DNA from: a virus
Direction: 5' to 3' (one strand)
DNA: 64,000 nt
Virus record (IMG/VR): IMGVR_UViG_3300032516_000004
Coordinates: 96,001-160,000 of that record
Under the pieces are notes generated by a model, which had not been told where the DNA came from, searched no databases, and was given only the letters and a program-made list of their open reading frames with translations. Positions 13,092-22,874 of this stretch are shown here, piece after piece; positions within the stretch are counted from its first letter, which is position 1; the number at the start of each line of letters is the position of its first letter. The translations under genes were made by a program, and so were the position numbers.

Positions 13092-15170
13092 ATGAACATC
13101 GCTATTGTTGACAAGTTTCACGATAATCACAATGCGTTTTCTCGACAAATTAAACTTCCAGACCACAACATAGAATATCTTAACAGTCTTTTCGATTTAG
13201 GTAAATACGATTTAGTTCATTTTGATTGGTGTGACGACCTGGCGGTTGCAGGCGTTAGAGTGTTAGAATCTTATAAATCGAGACCCCGAATAACTATCAG
13301 ATTGCATGCTTATGAAGCCCATGAAGATTGGATTAAGCGACTTAATTGGAAAGTTGTTGACGCCTTAATTTTTGTAAGTGAACACTATCGTGAAATTTTT
13401 AATAAGCATGTAACGATGGATAAAACCAAGCAACATGTTATTCATCATGGAATTGATCTTAATCGATATAAACTGGCAGAACATCCAGGTACAGATATTC
13501 TTTATGTGGGGTCCCTTAATTTCAAGAAGGGGCCACAATTATTAGCCCAAGCAGCCATAGCTTTACCAAACCATCAATTTCGTGTTTATGGTGATATACA
13601 GTGTGATCGATCACAAATTTACTTCGATCATTTGGCGTTATCAAATCTTGGATTTTCCGCACACAGTGAACATATTGAACAAATAATGCAACAACCCAAC
13701 TATCGATATATACTTAGCACATCTTTGGGGGAATCTTTTCACTTAGCGGTGGCTGAGGGGATGGCCTGTGGTCTAAAACCATTGGTTCATGATTGGTATG
13801 GTGCAAATAAATTATGGCCTTATACTTGGAGAGCTATATCTTCCTTGGTGGATATTGTTGAATCTTATACAGATGATACCCCTAAAAGTTGTAGACAGTG
13901 GATTGAAGATCATTACAGCGCCACAACACAAGCTGTTAAACTTAATAATACTATTCTCGGAGACGTCATGACTAGAAAACACAAGTCTAAGTCCGGTGTT
14001 TTGGCTAAAATAGATTGTGGGTCTCTAGCCATTTGCATGATTACTAAAGATAATTTCAAAGGGGTAGAACGGGCTGTTCGTAGTTGTGCTAAATATTTGG
14101 ATGCTCTTTATGTAGCGGTGGATGATCGAGATACTGATGATACGGTTAATAAAGTTAAGGGTTTAACGAAAGAACTGAAATTACGTGGACAGGTTACATC
14201 GTTTAAGGCCCCGGATCCTTGGGATTTTAGTTATGCGCGTAATATTGCTCATTCGATGAATGACTGTATGTGGGCTTTAGTATTAGATGATGATGAATAT
14301 GTATTACATCCAGAAGAAATCCCTGAATTGTTAGAGAATTGTAAAGATAAAGATGTCGTGGATGTTACGTGTGGTATGGGGGTTGATAAATATGGGAATG
14401 TATCTCATGCCTGGAAATTTTCTCGATTTATGAAGAATAAAGTTCGATGGATTAATGCACGACATAATATACCCGACGCCACGACATATTCAAGTAGTAC
14501 CATTTGGACAGGTGATATTGTGGTGGTGGATGATAAATCTATACGACCAACTGATATACGCGCTGCCAGAAATGAGCAACGTGAGACTAACGTTGAGATA
14601 TTTAGAAAGAAAGTAGATCAGAATCCAAATGATACTAGATCACTTTTTTATCTAGCAACAGCACACAAAGAATCTGGAAAATATTGGGAAGCAATACTCT
14701 GGTATCAACAATATCTTAAAACTGGTGGGTGGGATGAAGAGCGTTGGCAGGCGTATTATGATATGGCAGAATGTCAGATTAACCTTCGTCGATACACAGA
14801 AGCTAGAGAAAGTTTGTATAACGCCATTAAGGAAAAATATGATAGGGCAGAGGCATTCATACTAATGGGTGACGTTTTTTATGAGTGTGAAAGTTTTTAT
14901 GATGCTATGATATGGTATGAACTCGGCTGTGCGTTACCATACCCGCACGACGCACGATTATTTATTCAACGCAGCATCTATGATTGGGAAAGGTACGATA
15001 AGTTGTCAATGGCTCATCACCACCTAGAAAATTGGTCTAGAGCAATCGAAAATGCTAAAAAGGCATTAGAAAAAGTACCGGGTGATGATCGTATAAATAA
15101 AAACGTTCAATTATGGACAGAACACTTAGTTAAGGAGTCTACCGATGCCACCGAAGAGAAAGATGTCTAA
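13092..15170 (+). CDS. Glycosyltransferase fusion: GT4-like + GT2-like + TPR repeats
   Basis: GT-B signature (HHGIDL, YVGSLNFKKG, ESFHLAVAEGMACG); GT-A part (ICMITKD, DFSYARN, VLDDDE DxD-like); TPR helices (RSLFYLATAHKESGKYWEAILWYQQYL). Confidence 0.85.
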   Translation: MNIAIVDKFHDNHNAFSRQIKLPDHNIEYLNSLFDLGKYDLVHFDWCDDLAVAGVRVLESYKSRPRITIRLHAYEAHEDWIKRLNWKVVDALIFVSEHYREIFNKHVTMDKTKQHVIHHGIDLNRYKLAEHPGTDILYVGSLNFKKGPQLLAQAAIALPNHQFRVYGDIQCDRSQIYFDHLALSNLGFSAHSEHIEQIMQQPNYRYILSTSLGESFHLAVAEGMACGLKPLVHDWYGANKLWPYTWRAISSLVDIVESYTDDTPKSCRQWIEDHYSATTQAVKLNNTILGDVMTRKHKSKSGVLAKIDCGSLAICMITKDNFKGVERAVRSCAKYLDALYVAVDDRDTDDTVNKVKGLTKELKLRGQVTSFKAPDPWDFSYARNIAHSMNDCMWALVLDDDEYVLHPEEIPELLENCKDKDVVDVTCGMGVDKYGNVSHAWKFSRFMKNKVRWINARHNIPDATTYSSSTIWTGDIVVVDDKSIRPTDIRAARNEQRETNVEIFRKKVDQNPNDTRSLFYLATAHKESGKYWEAILWYQQYLKTGGWDEERWQAYYDMAECQINLRRYTEARESLYNAIKEKYDRAEAFILMGDVFYECESFYDAMIWYELGCALPYPHDARLFIQRSIYDWERYDKLSMAHHHLENWSRAIENAKKALEKVPGDDRINKNVQLWTEHLVKESTDATEEKDV

Positions 15171-15429
15171 ACACGACGACCCTAACAGTGAGTTAGTGTT
15201 TCGCAATTGGTCTAAAGAGCTTGATGAACTTATTGGTACACTTCCAAAAGGCGTAGAGTGTGTCGCTATTGGTTGTGGAAATAAATCGTCCAACCGTGGT
15301 GCATTTTTGTGTGTTGAATGTGGTAAGAAATACCTGGATTCATATAAGAATGTTGTTAGTGTCACAGAAATTGCTAGAGCACAGTTTGGTTGGATCATGC
15401 ACAATGTGCTTGCTCAAGATCCAGAGTAG
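15145..15429 (+). CDS. Hypothetical Cys-containing protein
   Basis: 94-aa ORF overlapping the end of the GT gene. Confidence 0.55.
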   Translation: MPPKRKMSKHDDPNSELVFRNWSKELDELIGTLPKGVECVAIGCGNKSSNRGAFLCVECGKKYLDSYKNVVSVTEIARAQFGWIMHNVLAQDPE

Positions 15430-15960
15430 ATGCCTACCAGTCATTGGCAGCAGTTAAATGAAATTGTTGGTTTAATTATATCGATTAAACCTAAATCCAT
15501 ATTAGACATAGGTGTTGGGTTTGGTAAGTATGGCATGCTGGCTCGAGAGTATCTTGAGCTATGGGATGGAAGAAATATTTATAATGAGTGGAAAGTTAAA
15601 ATAGATGGAATAGAGGTTTTCTCGCAGTATAAGAACCCAATATATGATTATATATATAACAACATTTATTTTGGTAATGCTTCTGAAATTGTGTCGTTAT
15701 TAGGAAATAAGTATGATTTAGCACTCATGATTGATGTGATAGAACATTTTGATAAAGATGTTGGATTACAATTAATAAAAGACTGTTTGAATATATCAAA
15801 CAATGTTATCGTATCGACCCCCTTATCTGTTACAGATCAAAAGTCTGCTTTTAATAATCAGCATGAGACACACAGGTCGTCGTTTGTAGCTGGTGATTTT
15901 CCAAACTGTAAAACAGTTGTCCCAAATTCAAAATCGCTAATTTGTGTTCTGAGCTGTTAA
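15430..15960 (+). CDS. Class I SAM-dependent methyltransferase
   Basis: ILDIGVGFGKYG motif I, IDGIE motif II, YDLALMIDVIEHF. Confidence 0.85.
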   Translation: MPTSHWQQLNEIVGLIISIKPKSILDIGVGFGKYGMLAREYLELWDGRNIYNEWKVKIDGIEVFSQYKNPIYDYIYNNIYFGNASEIVSLLGNKYDLALMIDVIEHFDKDVGLQLIKDCLNISNNVIVSTPLSVTDQKSAFNNQHETHRSSFVAGDFPNCKTVVPNSKSLICVLSC

Positions 15961-16097
15961 AACCGAACACCATTTCGTAGCACAAATTTGTGTTCTTTCC
16001 ACGCATTTTAAATAATGTACACCTGTACATGGTTGTTGGTATTGGGTTAATTACTAAGACTAACTTTAATATTGAATATTCTTGGTAAGAGATAAAA

Positions 16098-16226
16098 ATG
16101 ACGTTTAAGAAAACAAGTAAGGGTATCACGATGGGCGTTATTGAACAGCCAAAACCAGTTCAAGAGTCCACCGTTGAAGTACAGCAGCCAAATAAAGATA
16201 AGCTTGAAGAGAAAAATAAAAAATGA
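16098..16226 (+). CDS. 42-aa hypothetical protein coupled to the head protease gene
   Basis: MTFKKTSKG...; its stop overlaps the next ATG (ATGA at 16223-16226). Confidence 0.45.
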   Translation: MTFKKTSKGITMGVIEQPKPVQESTVEVQQPNKDKLEEKNKK

Positions 16227-18877
16227 GTTCTAAAGGTTTTATTAAGACGGCCTCCGTCTCCACAATAGCGGTTGCTATTAGTGATGGTAAAATTTTTCAG
16301 AAGTCCGCTGCATACAAAGACGAACAGGGCAGCGCATATCTAAGCGGCTCACGTACAATTGATATTAAAGCGGCTCTGGATATTGTGGCCTCTGAATATA
16401 ATATCTCGCCAAATCCAGAAGATTACGTATTTGAAGCAATTCGTGGTAACACTGCTAACATTCCTAATGAAAATCATGACGCATTTCATAAGAATGAATT
16501 ATTGCGATTCGATCACCGATTGGGCAAGCAAGTTTATCGTACGTATGAGCTTAAGCCACACCATGTACAACATCGAGCAAGTGACCCTAAGGCCGCTCGT
16601 GGCTTTATTGTTGATGCCCACTATAACGACTCAGCAGGGCCACTAGATGAGTGTCCTAATTGTGGTCATAAGACCGCTAGCAAAGAGGGCCGTGATCAAA
16701 GCGGTATTCATTGTGCTAGCTGTGGGTCTGTGGTTAAAGACGAATATGTAGAACTTCTCATAGCCATTGATAAGACTAAAGACCCCACATTTGCCCAGGG
16801 TGTAATGAGTGGTGTTCTTAAGCATGGATCGATGGGATGCAGTTGTCTTCGTACTCGTTGCAATGTTTGTGGTAAAGTCGCGTATACTAGAAGTGAGTTT
16901 TGTGGACATATTGCTCGCGGTAAGGGCAAAGAATATGACGAATCAGAACCTGGTTTTAATCCGATAGCTTTTGTTGTAAAAGGGTCGAAGGATAAGCGAG
17001 CTAGTAAACCCAAAAAGATAGCTAAGTCATTTGAGTGGTGTGAGGGTGTAATTTACGACGAATTTAGTCGTGTTCATGATCCAGCAGATCCTAAAGCAGA
17101 GCAGTATGAGATTCTTAAACTCACGGCTAAGGTAGCTGAACTTGAACATACTGATAAATTACGAAACGAATCAGAAATTCTTACTCTTCAGGCTAGAGTA
17201 GCTGAACTTGAGCGAAAGTTGGGTGAGAAATTGAATAAGATAGCACAAGTAGTTCCTCCGGTAGATCCTATGATGGCTCCCCCGGTGGATCCCATGATGG
17301 CTCCTCCGGTGGATCCAGCAGCGGCTCCTTCCAGTGTTCTTCCCTCTTCAGCTGCTGGACAACCACCGGTTGTTATTAATATTAATGCTCCTGGTGTTGG
17401 TGTTGATTCTGAGCAACCTCTTGAAGAGGTTCCAGCGCCACCTAAGATCCCTATTGAAGAAATGACCCCCGAGAGTGAAGGAATGACCCCCGCTGGACCA
17501 GGTGAAGCTTTAACGCCTGCGGCCATGGGTATTGAAGAAGAGAAGGAAGCCCCAGCCGCTCCAAAACGTGGAGCAAGTGTTGATAGGGCATTGAGAGAAA
17601 TGATTAACAATTTAGGAGGCCCATCCATGCTCCGTTTTGCACAATCTTATAAGCATATTAAGGCAGAAATTACCAGTGCTGGTAATGTTAGAATTTTTGA
17701 TTCAGAGGGAACACTCTTTGTAGTTAAACCAGATCGACTTGATTCGAACATTAAGATAGCGGCCAAGAATCCAGAAGAGCTGGCCAAGTCAGTTTTGACC
17801 ATGGTTGCTGATTTTGGTATTGGCGGCGCTATTAAACGAACCAATGCTATTGTTGGTCCACGTTTGGCTCAGGTTCTTGAGTACGCAACTGACGACATTG
17901 AGGATGAGGATCGTATCAAGACTGATTCTATTAAGGATAAAGAAGATTCTGACATGACACAGGAGCGCGCTAAGCCAGAAGATAGCGCCACTGAGGCTGG
18001 TGAGTCGGCTGATCGTCAAGAGACTCAGGAAGTTAAGGGTCTTGGTGATAATGTTCTTGTGGATCGTGAAGTTGATGTAGAGGATGAGAAACATACTCGT
18101 GAGCCTGGTAAGGATCAATGGGGTGGCTTCAATATTCTTGAGATGCAGGATGCCGACACTAAAGAGAAGCGGGAAAAGAAAGATGTTGGCAAGGATACGG
18201 TCGTGAAGAACATTCAAACAGACCATAAAGAGAAGGTAGCTGAAAAGACAGAATCTAAGAAATATGATAATCAAGTTCACGCTGCCCGCTTAGAGGGTAT
18301 TTACAAGGCACGACTGGAACGGAAGATTGCTGATTTGACCAAAGAGAAGGAAGATTTCAAAAATAATCTTGTGGCTCGAGTTACCCGTGCTATGAAGCTG
18401 GTTGCTCATCGTCAAGCGCTGAATCTTGAATATTCGCCGCTTAAGTTGGCTATGGGTGTTGCGCTTTGTAATAAGCGTGCCCTGAATGATAAAGAGTTTT
18501 ATAATCCCATGGATCAGGGGACCGCAGTTCAGTTGATTGAGGCGGCGTTCAGTGAGCCTATTATTGAGGGTGTGGATAAGGCGGCTTGGGAACACCATAT
18601 CGATTCATTGATTGAACGCGCCGCGTCTGTAATGCAGATGAACGATGAAGCGCTTATGCAGGTGGAGACTGATCTTAGAAATATTAAGACAGCCACTATT
18701 CCGTTTGATGAAGCGGTTGTTAATACGGATGGTGATTTTGAGTTGAAGCAGGCTGCTAAGCAGGGTAATTTGCAGCTTGCACCGAAGCCAGTTGATGACG
18801 CGCCAGCTATTAACAACAAGCGTGAAGCGATTCGACGTGCAGTTGGTACAACTAAAGTGGCTAGTTTAGCGAGGTAA
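16223..18877 (+). CDS. Prohead (capsid maturation) protease fused to scaffold
   Basis: NENHDAF, KPHHVQH and GSMGC..C..C...CGHI motifs of phage head proteases; acidic/coiled C-half; lies directly upstream of the decoration and capsid genes. Confidence 0.7.
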   Translation: MSSKGFIKTASVSTIAVAISDGKIFQKSAAYKDEQGSAYLSGSRTIDIKAALDIVASEYNISPNPEDYVFEAIRGNTANIPNENHDAFHKNELLRFDHRLGKQVYRTYELKPHHVQHRASDPKAARGFIVDAHYNDSAGPLDECPNCGHKTASKEGRDQSGIHCASCGSVVKDEYVELLIAIDKTKDPTFAQGVMSGVLKHGSMGCSCLRTRCNVCGKVAYTRSEFCGHIARGKGKEYDESEPGFNPIAFVVKGSKDKRASKPKKIAKSFEWCEGVIYDEFSRVHDPADPKAEQYEILKLTAKVAELEHTDKLRNESEILTLQARVAELERKLGEKLNKIAQVVPPVDPMMAPPVDPMMAPPVDPAAAPSSVLPSSAAGQPPVVININAPGVGVDSEQPLEEVPAPPKIPIEEMTPESEGMTPAGPGEALTPAAMGIEEEKEAPAAPKRGASVDRALREMINNLGGPSMLRFAQSYKHIKAEITSAGNVRIFDSEGTLFVVKPDRLDSNIKIAAKNPEELAKSVLTMVADFGIGGAIKRTNAIVGPRLAQVLEYATDDIEDEDRIKTDSIKDKEDSDMTQERAKPEDSATEAGESADRQETQEVKGLGDNVLVDREVDVEDEKHTREPGKDQWGGFNILEMQDADTKEKREKKDVGKDTVVKNIQTDHKEKVAEKTESKKYDNQVHAARLEGIYKARLERKIADLTKEKEDFKNNLVARVTRAMKLVAHRQALNLEYSPLKLAMGVALCNKRALNDKEFYNPMDQGTAVQLIEAAFSEPIIEGVDKAAWEHHIDSLIERAASVMQMNDEALMQVETDLRNIKTATIPFDEAVVNTDGDFELKQAAKQGNLQLAPKPVDDAPAINNKREAIRRAVGTTKVASLAR
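17255..17330 (+). repeat. 24-nt coding repeat (PPVDPMMA x2, PPVDPAAA)
   Basis: Seen directly in the translation and in the DNA. Confidence 0.8.
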
Positions 18878-18956
18878 GATTGCCTTCCTAGGACAAATGC
18901 ATTGTGCATGAATCTAGAGAAGGTGTTTTGGCAAACCAATTTAAAGGAGAAAAACA

Positions 18957-19754
18957 ATGGGTTCTACAGGTTTGGCCAGTCCTAGGTTAGGCGCATTTCA
19001 GAATGCCGTCTTCCCGCGAGGACTAGATTTGGGTCGGTGTGTGATTCTTCAGGATCTTGGTGTCTTCCGCGCAGCATCAGCCGCCAGTTTCGAAGCTGGT
19101 ATGTTGGTACGGCAAGACGCTACCGGTAACATTGAAAAATGTGCTGGTAAGTCAGTTCTCGGTGTGGCAAAGTGGAACAAATCTGTCGTTTTCACGGCAG
19201 CGTCGGTGGATGAGCCGATTTCGTTCCCAACCGCAACGGCAGCTGTGGCCTTGAAGCATCCAAATGTTAGCAACTTCCAATTGCGTAGTGCTGTGAGTCT
19301 TGGTGGTGTTAAGTACGTGCTCACAAACGATTACACCATTAATACGACCAATGGTATTGTTACCCGAGTGAATCCGGGTACAACACCAATTCCGCTCAGC
19401 ACAACGGTATATACAACATATACCTATGAGTTGGCTTCGGCGGATCTGGACTTCCAGGGTCGTAACTTCTGGAATTTCACGGACGATGTTACCATTCAGG
19501 ATAACAGAATTACGGTTATCACCGATGCATCAGCTCTGTTTACCTCAATGTATGACACATCTCGTGATGATTACGCGCTTACGGGTGCAGGGAAGAACCT
19601 GTACTGTGGTGGTGGCGTTACGGCAGCTCTGGCTGGTTTGTTCACGACAGACAGTGCTGAAGGTGAGTTCGTTGGACACGTTATCCAACCTCCGACAGCC
19701 GATGACCCGTTCCTCGGCGTTCGGTTGGGTGGCGATCCAGTGAAGTATGCATAA
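18957..19754 (+). CDS. Capsid decoration/head-stabilising protein
   Basis: Strong AAGGAG SD; between protease and MCP; FEAGMLVRQDA..IEKCAG and VIQPPTADDPFLGV resemble beta-tulip head proteins; biased codon use. Confidence 0.55.
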   Translation: MGSTGLASPRLGAFQNAVFPRGLDLGRCVILQDLGVFRAASAASFEAGMLVRQDATGNIEKCAGKSVLGVAKWNKSVVFTAASVDEPISFPTATAAVALKHPNVSNFQLRSAVSLGGVKYVLTNDYTINTTNGIVTRVNPGTTPIPLSTTVYTTYTYELASADLDFQGRNFWNFTDDVTIQDNRITVITDASALFTSMYDTSRDDYALTGAGKNLYCGGGVTAALAGLFTTDSAEGEFVGHVIQPPTADDPFLGVRLGGDPVKYA

Positions 19755-19764
19755 TTAACCCGGT

Positions 19765-19796
19765 GAATGGGGTGGGACATTTTGTCCCACCCCTTC
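19765..19796 (+). other. GC-rich hairpin between the decoration and MCP genes
   Basis: GGGGTGGGACA-TTT-TGTCCCACCCC: 11-bp perfect stem (19769-19793), extendable by GAA/TTC; no U-tail. Confidence 0.8.
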
Positions 19797-19834
19797 TCCC
19801 ACAAGGAAAGTTTATTAACTAGGAGGATTGGAAA

Positions 19835-21097
19835 ATGAGTGCAGTTATTAATCCGTACAAGCGTCTTGCTGCAGCCGGGGCGGCAAAGCCTACCAGCGAG
19901 CAACGTAAAATGGTTGCAAGTTCTGCCACGCCGAAGGCTGTTGAGCAACATAGGACAAAGGCGGCAGAAAACACTCATCTGGCTTCTCGTGAAGATGAGA
20001 AGGTATGGGATGAGAGTGGAACATTTAACCCCACCGCGTATGCCGGTGAGACGACCCGCGATGGTATTCGTCAAGCGGTTGGCAACACCAAGCTGTCAGA
20101 GCGTATGTTCGACAAGCGTGGTGAAGTTAACGCGTATGATGACAAGGACGCCCTGCAACAGATTGCCTACTTGCTCCAAAGTGTAACCAAGAAGGCATCT
20201 CCTGGCACCTTCTATCGTGAAGCGTCTACTGATATGCCAGCTGAGGAGCGCCGCAAGGTTCTCGCAGCCGCCATGCAGGATCCCTCGGGTGAGGGTTTCG
20301 CGATTGTTGGTCAGGAGTTGTTGCTCCCGATCAAGGACATCATCGATTACGAAGGTTGGGCTCGGAAGATCTATCGGGTTCGGCCACTCGCTCAGGGTGA
20401 GTTGTTCCGTATCGCGAAGGATGTTCGTGCAACGGCTTGGGTTGTGGGACAAGATGGTCAGTCGATTGAGAGCCGTTTGTTCGGTCGTTTCATTCAGCCG
20501 TCAGAGTTCAAAGTTACGGCATTCCCGACCGTCGACATCGAAGACATCTATCAGATGAACTATGATGTTTTGGATCGCGCTCAGGATACCGCTCGTCAAG
20601 AGATCGAGTTGGAAGAGGACAAGCGAGGCTTGGCTCTTCTAGATCGAGCTGCTTTGACCGTGAATTCGGTTACGATTTTCGCGACTCTTGGAATTTCGGC
20701 GTTTGAAGACGTTCGATACCAGGTTGAGCGGCATCGTCTGATGGTTGAGAAGTTCTTGATCAACCGTGCCGAGCTTTCTGATATCGTGAAGACCATGAGT
20801 ACTCAGGTGGATCCGGTGACCGAGCGCGAGTTGATCCTCGCCGGTTATATTGGTAACATCTTGAATGCTCAGATCATCACGGCCGCTGGTACTGGAGTTG
20901 AGGAAGTGGTACCGAGAGGGACATTCTACGCAGCCACCGGTAGTGAGTATCTTGGCGAGATGGGTGTAAGGGTGGAACTGTTTTCTGAGCCCTTCAACAT
21001 GTTTTCGCACCGTCGATTAACGAAGGGTTGGGCGTTTGGCGAGATCGTTGGGTTCGGTATTCCGAACCCACGTAGTGTCAGCAAGGGACACAAATAA
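19835..21097 (+). CDS. Major capsid protein (HK97 fold)
   Basis: AGGAGG SD; ELLLPIKDIIDYEGWARKI..., PTVDIEDIYQMNYDVLDRAQDTARQEIELEED pattern; end of the head module, followed by a terminator. Confidence 0.8.
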   Translation: MSAVINPYKRLAAAGAAKPTSEQRKMVASSATPKAVEQHRTKAAENTHLASREDEKVWDESGTFNPTAYAGETTRDGIRQAVGNTKLSERMFDKRGEVNAYDDKDALQQIAYLLQSVTKKASPGTFYREASTDMPAEERRKVLAAAMQDPSGEGFAIVGQELLLPIKDIIDYEGWARKIYRVRPLAQGELFRIAKDVRATAWVVGQDGQSIESRLFGRFIQPSEFKVTAFPTVDIEDIYQMNYDVLDRAQDTARQEIELEEDKRGLALLDRAALTVNSVTIFATLGISAFEDVRYQVERHRLMVEKFLINRAELSDIVKTMSTQVDPVTERELILAGYIGNILNAQIITAAGTGVEEVVPRGTFYAATGSEYLGEMGVRVELFSEPFNMFSHRRLTKGWAFGEIVGFGIPNPRSVSKGHK

Positions 21098-21125
21098 CGC
21101 AACGCGTTATGATTAAGTGATGATT

Positions 21126-21148
21126 TGTGGGGCGCTCGTCGCCCCACA
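21126..21148 (+). terminator. Probable intrinsic terminator after the MCP gene
   Basis: TGTGGGGCG-CTCGT-CGCCCCACA 9-bp stem followed by an AT-rich tail. Confidence 0.65.
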
Positions 21149-21199
21149 TTCATATTAAATCTTACATAATTGGTATATTTTATGCAACTATAGAATAAT

Positions 21200-22621
21200 G
21201 TGGCTCAGCGCATTGATATATCTGAAGATGCTTTAATACAAGATTGTGAAAACGGTCTTTTACAATCTGAAATGGCCCGAAAGTATAATGTGAGCAAAAC
21301 CACTATTAGTCAAAAGATTAAATTATATGGTATAAAATATACACCACGTTCTCAAAATCCAAGATATAGTGCTTTAATGTCTCAAGCATCTAATAAAATG
21401 TGGGACAATCAGGAATTACGACAACAGACTGGCAATCGAGCTAAGCAGCGCTGGGCCACAGAGCAATATCGTGAGAAGATTCAAGAAACTTACCAGAAGA
21501 CAGATTACGCGAAGCGTCAGGGTGAAATATCAAAGTTGGCGTGGCAGGATGATAAATATAGAAATCACTTAGTGTTATTATTTACATCTAATGAATTTAG
21601 AAATAAACAGCGTCAAAAATCTAATGATTGGTGGAATGATCCAAATAGAAGGCAGCAAGCTAGTAAAAGGACAAAACAAAATTGGACTAATGAAGAATTT
21701 CAACATAAGGTAGCAGTTGGTCAGAGTAAAGTTCCAAGAACAATGACCACCCCACATAGGCAGGTATGTAATTTACTTGATGCTATGGGCATAGAATATC
21801 AAACAGAGGTTCCAATAGCTAAGTATAGATTTGATATTTTGATACCTTCTCATAAGCTTTTTATTGAAACACAAGGTGATTATTGGCATGGTGAAAAGAA
21901 AAATGTAATCTGGCGAGATAGGGCTAAAGGATCATACATAGCCAACAATTTTCCGCAGTATAGGTATAAAGAATTATGGGAACATGAATGTGAGACCGAA
22001 GATTATGTTAGACATAAGCTAGAATATTGGCTTGGTGCTAAAATAAATCTTAAAGATTACAATTTTGACGATATACAAATTAAAACTGTAGATCGTGATG
22101 TGGCTAGTAAGTTTATTCGTGATTGGCACTATTTACATAAAGGCAGATTTGGTCTAGATATAGGTGGCTTTATAAGTGATCAGCTGGTTGTGTTGACTCG
22201 TTTTACGTCTGTTACTCGTCTCGAAATGGCTACAACAATAGGCTACCATCATAAAGAGGTATTGGAATTATCTAGATTATGTATCCATCCAGCATATCAG
22301 AAGAAGAATCTGGGTTCTTGGTTTTTGTCACGAGTTGAGGGTGTCATTAGACATTTAAGACCAGACATTAAGTGTTTGGTATCGTTTGCTGATATGACAT
22401 ATGGACATACGGGGGCAGTTTATAAGGCATCAAATTGGCAGTTAATATCAGAAACTAAACCAGATTATTGGTATGTGAAAGAGGATGGTTGGGTAATGCA
22501 TAAGAAAACATTATGGAATAAGGCTAAGGATGTTGGATTAACTGAAAACGATTTTGCTGCTAGATTTGGATATGTTAAAGTGTGGGGTAAAGAAAAATTT
22601 AAGTTTATTAAGAAACTGTAG
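21200..22621 (+). CDS. HTH + helical W-repeats + Vsr/DUF559-like endonuclease + Mom-like (GNAT-type) DNA-modification domain fusion (copy 1)
   Basis: EVPIAKYRFDILIP..LFIETQGDYWHG...LWEHE (PD-(D/E)xK); WHY, LELSRL, N..SWFLS, VSFAD..YGHTGAVYKASNW (Mom family). Confidence 0.75.
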   Translation: MAQRIDISEDALIQDCENGLLQSEMARKYNVSKTTISQKIKLYGIKYTPRSQNPRYSALMSQASNKMWDNQELRQQTGNRAKQRWATEQYREKIQETYQKTDYAKRQGEISKLAWQDDKYRNHLVLLFTSNEFRNKQRQKSNDWWNDPNRRQQASKRTKQNWTNEEFQHKVAVGQSKVPRTMTTPHRQVCNLLDAMGIEYQTEVPIAKYRFDILIPSHKLFIETQGDYWHGEKKNVIWRDRAKGSYIANNFPQYRYKELWEHECETEDYVRHKLEYWLGAKINLKDYNFDDIQIKTVDRDVASKFIRDWHYLHKGRFGLDIGGFISDQLVVLTRFTSVTRLEMATTIGYHHKEVLELSRLCIHPAYQKKNLGSWFLSRVEGVIRHLRPDIKCLVSFADMTYGHTGAVYKASNWQLISETKPDYWYVKEDGWVMHKKTLWNKAKDVGLTENDFAARFGYVKVWGKEKFKFIKKL

Positions 22622-22658
22622 AGGCTGACGAGGTAGAGCCTACACCCATTAAGTCTGT

Positions 22659-22874
22659 TTACTGATGTTCTACAAGCACGACACGTATATCACTAGGTAG
22701 ATTACTTGCAGAAGTTAGGTATAGCTTTGCTTTACAGTCTGGACAATGTACAATTACACCAGCGCTGTGTGACTGGCTTGCTCCCAAAGCACACTCTAAA
22801 TTTAGTATTCTTTGGTTCTGCTGCCTCAAATCTTTGAGCATCAATTCAATCGTGGCTGTTGGGTCAAGGGTCAT
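22659..22874 (-). CDS. Small Zn-ribbon protein
   Basis: Coiled segment then HCPDC; converges on the fusion gene. Confidence 0.55.
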   Translation of the reverse strand: MTLDPTATIELMLKDLRQQNQRILNLECALGASQSHSAGVIVHCPDCKAKLYLTSASNLPSDIRVVLVEHQ

